Assembly (NCBI GenBank): GCA_016223245.1
Contig: JACRPL010000006.1
Location: forward strand, 21,417-85,416
DNA: 64,000 nt
Reading direction: 5' to 3'
From: Candidatus Saganbacteria bacterium
GTDB taxonomy: Bacteria > Margulisbacteria > WOR-1 > XYC2-FULL-46-14 > XYC2-FULL-37-10
The translations under genes and the position numbers were made by a program. Shown here in pieces: positions 28,271-36,156 of the stretch. The first letter of the stretch is position 1, and each line of letters begins with the position of its first letter. The notes under the pieces were generated by a model. That model did not search any database. It was not told the DNA's origin and saw nothing but the letters and a program-made list of their open reading frames with translations.

Positions 28271-29647
28271 CTAGCCAACTTCTTCATAGCGGCTTTCTTT
28301 ATTGCAGAATTTGGCAATGTCTTTGCGGAAGACCAATTCGACAGTGCCGACAGGGCCGTTCCTTTGTTTCGCGATAATAATTTCGGCTATATTCCCGCGT
28401 TCTGATTGTGGATTGTAATAATCGTCCCTATGGATGAACATTACAAGGTCAGCCGTTTGTTCAATTTCTCCCGATTCCCTAAGGTCCGATAGCCTTGGTA
28501 TCCTATCGTTTCGCTGTTCAACCGCCCTTGAAAGTTGCGACAGTGCAATTACGGGAAGATCAAGTTCGCGTGCAAGGGTCTTAAGCGACCGTGAGATTTC
28601 CGAAATTTCCTGCACCCTGTTTTCGATCCTGCCCCTGCCAGACATAAGCTGCAAGTAATCGATCATGACCATTCCAAGCCCTTTTTCAAGTTTGAGCCTT
28701 CTGCATTTTGCCCTTATTTCCATTGCGGTGATCGAAGCCGAATCGTCAATGTATATCTGGGCTTCGGAGAGTTTTGACAAGGCGCGCGTCAACTTCTTCC
28801 AACCGGTATCAGGGAGTGTTGCTGTTTTAAGCTTTATTGCGTCGATCTCCGCCTCTGAACACAGCATTCTTTGGGCAAGCTGGTCTTTGCTCATTTCAAG
28901 CGAGAAGATCGCGACAGGTATCTTGAATTTTATTGCCATATTTTGGGCCATGTTCAATGCAAATGCGGTTTTTCCAACCGACGGCCTTGCCGCGATAATT
29001 ATTAGGTCGGAATTCTGGAACCCGGCTGTCAGATTGTCAAGATCGGTATAGCCTGTTGGAATGCCTGTAATGTGCTCTTTTTTCCCGTATAGCCTGTCGA
29101 TCCTGTCTAAAACTTTTGTCAAAATCGAATCTAACTTGTGGAATCCTTCTTTTGTCCGTTTTAATGCGATATCGAAGATCGTTTTTTCTGCATGGTCCAA
29201 TATACTGTCAACATTGTCCGGTTCATCGAACGCTTCCGATACAATATACGTTCCGGCATCGATCAATCGCCTCAATGTCGCTTTTTCTTCAACGATCCGC
29301 GCGTAATATTCGATATTTGCGGCTGTCGGGACGGAATTAATAAGGTCCGCAATATAACCGGATCCTCCAGAAGAGTCAAGCTTGTTGCTTTTCCGAAGGC
29401 TTTCGCCCACAGTGACAAGGTCTACAGGTTCGCCTCGGTCAAACAGGTCGAGGATCGTTTCGTAAATATATTTGTGCGCATCGCGGTAAAAGCTGTCCGC
29501 GTGCAGGATCTCGATTGCTTTTACAATCGCGGCCTTGTCAATCAATAACGATCCAATTACTGATTGTTCTGCTTGCAGGTTTTGCGGTGGAATTCTTTCT
29601 TCGGCCATGAGATGTAAATTATAACATATGTTGACATTGATTTCCAA
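28271..29647 (-). CDS. dnaB: Replicative DNA helicase DnaB.
   Basis: N-terminal DnaB domain and a RecA-like domain with Walker A ARPSVGKT and Walker B MVMIDYLQLM. 458 aa. Confidence 0.95.
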   Translation of the reverse strand: MEINVNICYNLHLMAEERIPPQNLQAEQSVIGSLLIDKAAIVKAIEILHADSFYRDAHKYIYETILDLFDRGEPVDLVTVGESLRKSNKLDSSGGSGYIADLINSVPTAANIEYYARIVEEKATLRRLIDAGTYIVSEAFDEPDNVDSILDHAEKTIFDIALKRTKEGFHKLDSILTKVLDRIDRLYGKKEHITGIPTGYTDLDNLTAGFQNSDLIIIAARPSVGKTAFALNMAQNMAIKFKIPVAIFSLEMSKDQLAQRMLCSEAEIDAIKLKTATLPDTGWKKLTRALSKLSEAQIYIDDSASITAMEIRAKCRRLKLEKGLGMVMIDYLQLMSGRGRIENRVQEISEISRSLKTLARELDLPVIALSQLSRAVEQRNDRIPRLSDLRESGEIEQTADLVMFIHRDDYYNPQSERGNIAEIIIAKQRNGPVGTVELVFRKDIAKFCNKESRYEEVG

Positions 29648-29719
29648 GCGTACTAGAATTATGCCAAATGGAATGAATTATTCGGCTTTTAATACGGCAA
29701 TTTCCGGAAAAATATTGGG

Positions 29720-32194
29720 TCAGGCATTTATTACAGGAACATTCGATCGATGATCAAATCCCAGGTCATTTTCAACCATCTCAAGCGTTGTATATATCTC
29801 TTTAGCCCTTGAAATCACGTCATTCGGGAGCCCCGCTAACCGCGCAACTTGGATCCCATACGATCTATCTGCAGAGCCCTCGACTATCTTATGTAAAAAT
29901 GTTATTTGATCGCCTTCTTCTTTTATCTGGATATTCAGATTTTTCATGCCTTTATGTTTTTCCGCAAGCTGAGTGATCTCATGGTAGTGAGTCGCGAATA
30001 AAGTTTTTGCTTTGATGTTGTTATTGATGAATTCGGCAACAGCCGCAGCGATAGACATCCCGTCAAAAGTCGCCGTCCCTCTGCCTATTTCATCAAGTAT
30101 TATCAAACTATTTTCAGTCGCATTGTTCAGGATATTCGCGGTTTCGGTCATCTCGAGCATAAATGTTGATTGTCCTGAATATATATCATCCATAGCCCCA
30201 ATTCTTGTGAAGATTTTGTCTATTAACGGCAATATTGCATTATCGGCCGGGACAAACGAACCCATTTGTGCCAAAAGGCATATTAACGCGGTCTGTCTCA
30301 TGTAAGTAGATTTACCTGCCATGTTAGGGCCAGTGATCAGCAGGAAACTACTTTCATTGTTCATCAAGATATCGTTTTTTACAAAATTATGGTTTCCAAG
30401 CATTTTTTCGACTACCGGATGCCGTGATCCGGTTATCAGGATATCAGTGGATCCGGATATCAGGGGGCGGCAATAATTGTTTTCTTGCGCGACTTGTGCC
30501 AATGAGATCAAGACATCGAGTTGGGATAATATCTCCGCAATATATTGTAATTCTTTTGTAAATCCTGCGGCTTTTTCACGTACATCGCAGAAAATCTTAT
30601 ATTCCAGTTCTTTGATCCTTTCATCGGCATTTAGGATCAGAGATTCCTTTTCTTTTAAGTCAGGCGTTATATATCTTTCGCAATTAGTAAGTGTTTGTTT
30701 TCTAATATAATTTGCAGGCACTTGAGACAGGTTTGCCGTTGTGACCTCGATATAATATCCGAAAACTTTATTAAAACCTACTTTGAGGGATTTGATACCG
30801 CTTGCTATCCTTTCTTTGTTCTCAAGTTCGGCGATCCAGCTTTTTCCGCCATAAGCTATCTTTCTCAATTCATCCAGCTCATTATCATAAGAATCGTTTA
30901 TTATCCCGCCTTCTTTAATAGTGAACGGAGGATCAATCTTTATGGCTTTATTTATTAATTCCTTGAGTTCAAGAAGTTCCGGAAGATCATTGACATGTTT
31001 TAGCATTTTCGATTTGCATTTTGAAGTTAACGTTTTAAAGAATGGGATCTCTTTTAACGATTCATTTAGAGAAACAATATCTTTTGCGTTTCCCTGCTCT
31101 GTTGCAATTTTTGATGTTAGTCTTTCAATATCATAGAGATTCTTAAGTCTTTGTGTTAGCTCTGCTTTTAAAATTGTATCTCCTATAAGTTCATCAATTG
31201 CATCGAAACGGGCATTTATTTTATCTATTTCCATTAAAGGCATAAGAAGCCAATTTCTAAGAAGCCTGCTTCCCATATTTGTTTCGCATCTATCAAGCAC
31301 CCAGAGTAAGGCCCCTTTTAAGGATTTATCTTTAATAGATTGAACGAGTTCAAGGTTTCTTCTTGTTTGGGCGTCTATAAGCATATATTGGCCGATCGCA
31401 TAAGGCGTAATTTTGTTAATGTGGCCCAGAGCAGTTTTCTGGTTGTCTTCAAGATAATCCAAGGCAGCTGCAGCGGCGGATAAACCAACTGAATAGTTCT
31501 CAATTCCGAATGAGGCAAGAGATTTTATTTTGAAGAATTTTGAAAGTTTTTCTTCTGCTTCGGATTGGTCGTATTTGTCTTTGTAGCTTTCAATCCTAAT
31601 AGACGGAACCTGCGAGTGAACCCTGCCTGCCGGCAGGCACGGCTCGCGGTTCCTTTTCTCATCAATCATGTCGGAAAGAAGTATCTCCGATGGTTTTATC
31701 CTATTTATTTCATCGAGGAGATCTTTTAAAGTATCGATTTCTGTAACTTTAAATTCACCAGTCGAAGCATCCGTATAAGCTAGACCAAACTTGCCTTTCT
31801 CAAAAGATACGACAAGAAGATAATTGTTTGTCTTATCGGTTAGCATTGAAGTACCAATAATTGTCCCAGGGGTATATATCTTTATTACATCTCTTTTAAC
31901 CAGCCCTTTAGCAAGCTTTGGGTCTTCGACTTGTTCGCAGATAGCAACTTTGTATCCTTTTTCGACAAGTTTTCCAATATAATTTTCGGCCGCATGGAAT
32001 GGTATCCCGCACATCGGCATTCTGTTCTCGGAAATTCCCCTGCCAGTTAATGTGAGGCCAAGTTCGCGCGATCCAAGCTCTGCATCATCGTAGAACATTT
32101 CATAGAAGTCGCCCAAGCGGAAAAAAAGGATTGCATCCTTGTGCTGTGATTTTATTTCCCGATATTGTTTTATCATCGGGGTTTGGTCTGTCAT
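29720..32194 (-). CDS. mutS: DNA mismatch repair protein MutS.
   Basis: Mismatch-binding N-terminus (GDFYEMF), Walker A GPNMAGKST, ABC signature ...STFM.E..E, and a C-terminal HTH. 824 aa. Carries a 16-aa in-frame insertion from the palindromic repeat. Confidence 0.95.
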   Translation of the reverse strand: MTDQTPMIKQYREIKSQHKDAILFFRLGDFYEMFYDDAELGSRELGLTLTGRGISENRMPMCGIPFHAAENYIGKLVEKGYKVAICEQVEDPKLAKGLVKRDVIKIYTPGTIIGTSMLTDKTNNYLLVVSFEKGKFGLAYTDASTGEFKVTEIDTLKDLLDEINRIKPSEILLSDMIDEKRNREPCLPAGRVHSQVPSIRIESYKDKYDQSEAEEKLSKFFKIKSLASFGIENYSVGLSAAAAALDYLEDNQKTALGHINKITPYAIGQYMLIDAQTRRNLELVQSIKDKSLKGALLWVLDRCETNMGSRLLRNWLLMPLMEIDKINARFDAIDELIGDTILKAELTQRLKNLYDIERLTSKIATEQGNAKDIVSLNESLKEIPFFKTLTSKCKSKMLKHVNDLPELLELKELINKAIKIDPPFTIKEGGIINDSYDNELDELRKIAYGGKSWIAELENKERIASGIKSLKVGFNKVFGYYIEVTTANLSQVPANYIRKQTLTNCERYITPDLKEKESLILNADERIKELEYKIFCDVREKAAGFTKELQYIAEILSQLDVLISLAQVAQENNYCRPLISGSTDILITGSRHPVVEKMLGNHNFVKNDILMNNESSFLLITGPNMAGKSTYMRQTALICLLAQMGSFVPADNAILPLIDKIFTRIGAMDDIYSGQSTFMLEMTETANILNNATENSLIILDEIGRGTATFDGMSIAAAVAEFINNNIKAKTLFATHYHEITQLAEKHKGMKNLNIQIKEEGDQITFLHKIVEGSADRSYGIQVARLAGLPNDVISRAKEIYTTLEMVENDLGFDHRSNVPVINA
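31605..31653. repeat. GC-rich palindromic repeat element, copy 2, in-frame inside mutS.
   Basis: GGAACC-TGCGAGTGAACCCTGCCTGCCGGCAGGCACGGCTCGC-GGTTCC. It encodes NREPCLPAGRVHSQVP within MutS. About 90% identical to copy 1. Confidence 0.6.
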
Positions 32195-32313
32195 TGTACT
32201 TCATCCTTTAAAGTGGATTTACCTTTATAAGTTCTAAATATATAGTGATAGTGCATGATTTTTTTAACCGCGGCGTTCAGCCGCAGGTACTACAAGTCTT
32301 CAAAAGCGCCGGC

Positions 32314-34272
32314 CTAAGACTTTCGTATTGTGACGCCCAGTTTCTCTTCCAAAGCTGAAATCACTGCAACAAATCTCTCATTCACAGCTTCGTCTGTTAA
32401 AGTTGAATTCTTATCGCGAAAAGACAGCCTATAAGCCTGGCTGTTTTTGTACTGGTCAAAAAGCTTAACTTCCTCAAGAAATGGACCGGCTGTTTCTTTG
32501 ATCGAAGTGACGATTTGATCGTATGTAATCCCCTCCGGCACAAACATTGCCAAATCACGGTCAATTTTAGGGAATTTAGAAAGAGCAGTGTGATCTTTCA
32601 TCGCTTTTAAACTGAGAAGAGCTTGAATTTCAACTTCAAATAAATAAACATCTCTGTTCAAATCATATGTTTTCTTTTTCACAGGATGAATAAGCCCCAA
32701 TTTGGCAACATACATGCCTGCTGCAGACAAAGATGCTGATTGCACAGGGTGATACCATTGATCAATTAATCCCTCCTCAATAATATTAAAAGTATACTCT
32801 TTAGAGAATTGATTGATCAGCGTTTCAATGATGCCCTTTATTTCACGAAAACCGGCTTTGGGCGCGAAAATAGACCCTGCAAGAACCAGCCTTTCATGCA
32901 CTTTATTTCCAAATACCTTGCCAACTTCAAAAATTCCAAGTTCGTCAACTTGATGCCTTAAGTTATAGGAAACAACCCTTAATATACTAGGCAGCATGCT
33001 GGTTCTCATTACCGACTCGGATATAGTCATAGGATTAGTGATCTTAATTGCGTTCTTCTCGGCATCGGACGGATCGACCAAACTGAAGGTCTGGACCTCA
33101 TACAACCCTGTCCCTATAAGGATATTTTTGATATTTGAAACTTTGGAGTACACCGTTTCTGTGATCTCTGTTTTTCCGATCTTTGGGCTTGTGACTGGAA
33201 TATTGTGATACCCAAAAATTCTGGCGATCTCTTCAATAAGGTCTATTTCCCTCTCAATATCGGCATAACGCCAGGTTGGGACCTCCACGATAATTTTAGA
33301 TTTGCTGTTTTTGAGAAGTTTAAAGCCAAGCCCTTTAAGTATTTTAATAGCTGTCCCTTGAGGAACAGGAACGCCGAGTATTGCATTAAGCCGCTCAAAC
33401 CTAAGTGCGATCCTTCTTTTCTTAATGTCTTGTTTTTTCTTATCAATTTGCCCCCTCAAAACAACTCCGCTGGCCAATTCCGCGACCATTGAAGCCGCGG
33501 CATCTAAAGCGGTTTCAACCATATTCCAATCTGTAGTTTTTTCAAACCGGGCAGAGGATTCTGTCCTAAGCTTTAGGGATTTGGAAGTTTTAGAAATATT
33601 TATCGGATCAAAATATGCGGATTCCAGGACAACAGTTTTTGTTTTTGCCGAAACCTCCGTGTTTGCCCCTCCCATCACCCCTGCAACCGCAATGGCCCTG
33701 TTTGCATCCGCTATTACAAGACTGTCCTTGTCCAATTTGAAATCCGCGCCGTCAAGCGTCTTAATTTTTTCTTGGGGAGCAGCCCGCCTGACAATGATCT
33801 TTTGTCCTTGTATCTTATCGTGGTCAAAAGCGTGCATCGGCTGGCCAAGCTCAAGCAGAAGATAATTTGTAATATCCACAATGTTATTGATAGGCCTTAA
33901 TCCGCATGTGCTAAGCCGTTTCTTAAGCCAATCGGGTGAGTCTTTAACTTTAATGTTTTCAATGACTCTCGCCATATAACGAGGGCAAAGCTTCGGTTCT
34001 CTTATTTCAACACTGACAACGGGAGAAGTTTTCTTTTCCGATTCATAACGTTTTAATCTTTTCATTTTCAGTTTTGAGCTTGTTATCGAAGAAACTTCTC
34101 TTGCAATACCGAGAATTGAACTGCAATCGCCGCGGTTTGGCAGGATATCTACATCCAATGAGTCGTTTAACGACAATGTTTCAAGCCCCGACATAGTAAG
34201 CTTTTGGGCAAGATCTGATGCCGGAATTTTTACATCAACATATTCCTTTAGCCAATCGATCGGTACTCTCAT
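32314..34272 (-). CDS. pheT: Phenylalanine--tRNA ligase beta subunit, short form without the N-terminal tRNA-binding (Myf) domain.
   Basis: B3/B4 region LPNRGDCSSILGIAREV, B5 domains and a C-terminal anticodon-binding-like region. 652 aa. Its start is coupled to the pheS stop. Confidence 0.9.
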   Translation of the reverse strand: MRVPIDWLKEYVDVKIPASDLAQKLTMSGLETLSLNDSLDVDILPNRGDCSSILGIAREVSSITSSKLKMKRLKRYESEKKTSPVVSVEIREPKLCPRYMARVIENIKVKDSPDWLKKRLSTCGLRPINNIVDITNYLLLELGQPMHAFDHDKIQGQKIIVRRAAPQEKIKTLDGADFKLDKDSLVIADANRAIAVAGVMGGANTEVSAKTKTVVLESAYFDPINISKTSKSLKLRTESSARFEKTTDWNMVETALDAAASMVAELASGVVLRGQIDKKKQDIKKRRIALRFERLNAILGVPVPQGTAIKILKGLGFKLLKNSKSKIIVEVPTWRYADIEREIDLIEEIARIFGYHNIPVTSPKIGKTEITETVYSKVSNIKNILIGTGLYEVQTFSLVDPSDAEKNAIKITNPMTISESVMRTSMLPSILRVVSYNLRHQVDELGIFEVGKVFGNKVHERLVLAGSIFAPKAGFREIKGIIETLINQFSKEYTFNIIEEGLIDQWYHPVQSASLSAAGMYVAKLGLIHPVKKKTYDLNRDVYLFEVEIQALLSLKAMKDHTALSKFPKIDRDLAMFVPEGITYDQIVTSIKETAGPFLEEVKLFDQYKNSQAYRLSFRDKNSTLTDEAVNERFVAVISALEEKLGVTIRKS

Positions 34273-35288
34273 TAAAATTGCCTCAAAAATCTTATATCAT
34301 TTTCGAAGAAAAGACGGATATCGCCAATCCCATGCTTAAGCATTGCGATACGCTCGATGCCGACCCCGAACGCAAAGCCCGAATATTTTTCAGGGTCGTA
34401 ATTAACGTTTTTTAAGACATTGGGATCAATAATCCCCGCCCCCAGGATCTCAAGCCAGCCGGACTGTTTGCAAACGCCGCACCCATCGCCTTCGCACATT
34501 ACGCATTCGACATCAACCTCACATGACGGCTCCGTAAACGGGAAATAGCTCGGACGGAACCTGACTTTTTTATCACGGCCAAATACTGCATGCAAAAACA
34601 AAGTCAAAACGCCTTTCAGGTCCGAGAACTTAATATCGGTATCAACAAGTAGTCCTTCCAACTGGTGGAAGACCGGTGAGTGAGTGACATCCGCATCGCG
34701 CCTGTAAACACGGCCGGGGGCAATGACTGCAAGCGGCGGTTTCTGTTTTTTCATTACTCTTATTTGGACTGGAGACGTATGCGTCCTCAAAAGAAGCCCA
34801 TCCTCAAGCCAAAGCGTTGACCACATATCGCGGGACGGGTGGTACGGCGGGATATTGAGCGCTTCAAAGTTAAAATATTCCGTTTCGATGTCCGGCCCTT
34901 CAGCGACAGAAAACCCAAGCCTTTCGAAAATTGAGACCATTTCATCCATGACTTGTGTTATGGGGTGTTTTTTCCCTCGAGGAAACGATTTTCCGGGAAG
35001 TGTAATATCTAATTGTCCGGATTTGACCAAATTAAATAATTCCTGGCCTTCAAATTTTGATTTTTTATCTTGAAATGCTTGTTCTATGTCTTTTTTTGCG
35101 TCATTTACAGCTTTACCGTATGCAGGTTTTTCGGATGGATCTAGACTTGCCAGGTTTTTCATGAGATCCGTAAAAAGTCCGTTCTTTCCAAGATACTTGA
35201 TCCGGATCTCGTCTAATTTCTGAAGAGTATCGGCCGCTTCAAACGCGATCTTTGCTTCTTCGTGTATCTTATTTATCTTTTCAGGCAT
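34272..35288 (-). CDS. pheS: Phenylalanine--tRNA ligase alpha subunit.
   Basis: Class II motifs 2 and 3 (...FRPSYFPFTEPS..., GFAFGVGIERIAML). 338 aa. Confidence 0.95.
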   Translation of the reverse strand: MPEKINKIHEEAKIAFEAADTLQKLDEIRIKYLGKNGLFTDLMKNLASLDPSEKPAYGKAVNDAKKDIEQAFQDKKSKFEGQELFNLVKSGQLDITLPGKSFPRGKKHPITQVMDEMVSIFERLGFSVAEGPDIETEYFNFEALNIPPYHPSRDMWSTLWLEDGLLLRTHTSPVQIRVMKKQKPPLAVIAPGRVYRRDADVTHSPVFHQLEGLLVDTDIKFSDLKGVLTLFLHAVFGRDKKVRFRPSYFPFTEPSCEVDVECVMCEGDGCGVCKQSGWLEILGAGIIDPNVLKNVNYDPEKYSGFAFGVGIERIAMLKHGIGDIRLFFENDIRFLRQF

Positions 35289-36045
35289 TCTTCATCCTTT
35301 GCCTTAATGATTCGTAAATAAGGACGGTGCCTGCCATCGCCGCATTCAGCGATTCGGCATTGCCCAGAATCGGGATCTTAACTTTTTCATCGCACATATC
35401 AATGATTTCTTCCGGCAATCCGGATGATTCGTTACCGATAATAATTGCTATCGGCCCTTTCAAATCCGCATCCCAATGCGCGTCCTTCGAATCCAAGCTG
35501 GTTCCAACTAACCGGAATTTTTTGTTTTTTAGGAAAGCCAATTCGCTTTTGATATCGGAAGATCGCACAACAGGCACCCTAAAAAACGATCCCATCGTCC
35601 CGCGGACCACTTTAGGATTAAAAGGATCAACTGTTCCTTTTGAAACAATAATCCCCGCGGCATTTGCGGCGTCAACTGCCCTGATAAGAGTTCCTAAGTT
35701 CCCGGGATCTTGTATCCCGACCAAGACAAGTATCACTGGATCCTTTTTTGTAATTATATCAGATAATTTCCATTTTTTTATTTTTGCGGCGGCGATGATG
35801 CCGGGCGGCGTTTCGACGGTTGATATTGTTTTCATCGCTTCACTTGAAACTTTGATCGTTTTGATCTTGCGTTTGGCGGCATCTTGCAATATTTCGAATT
35901 CGGCGGAGTATAAAATGAATTTAGCCATGTCTAACCCTTCTTTGATCGATTTTTCTCCTTCCACCACAAAGAAACCTTCCTCTTCCCGCGTTCTTCTATT
36001 TTGGTTGAGGGCTAATATCAACTTGGCTTCCCGCGATAATTTCAT
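35281..36045 (-). CDS. TrmH/SpoU-family RNA 2'-O-methyltransferase.
   Basis: SPOUT motifs LVLVGIQDPGNLGTLIRA and IIIGNESSGL, plus a C-terminal NAESLNAAMA. Confidence 0.8.
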   Translation of the reverse strand: MKLSREAKLILALNQNRRTREEEGFFVVEGEKSIKEGLDMAKFILYSAEFEILQDAAKRKIKTIKVSSEAMKTISTVETPPGIIAAAKIKKWKLSDIITKKDPVILVLVGIQDPGNLGTLIRAVDAANAAGIIVSKGTVDPFNPKVVRGTMGSFFRVPVVRSSDIKSELAFLKNKKFRLVGTSLDSKDAHWDADLKGPIAIIIGNESSGLPEEIIDMCDEKVKIPILGNAESLNAAMAGTVLIYESLRQRMKNA

Positions 36046-36083
36046 GCTTGATTATAACACGGGCTGCCTGCAATCGAATAGCC

Positions 36084-36111
36084 TTGATTTTGCGGCATAA
36101 AGCCATATAAT
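36084..36111 (+). promoter_or_regulatory. Sigma70-like promoter for the secreted BNR protein gene.
   Basis: TTGATT, a 16-nt spacer, then TATAAT, about 45 nt upstream of the AGGAAA RBS and the ATG at 36157. Confidence 0.3.
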
Positions 36112-36156
36112 TAGATAGAAGGCATCAGAACATCAGGATAACAGGAAAAAAGAGAA

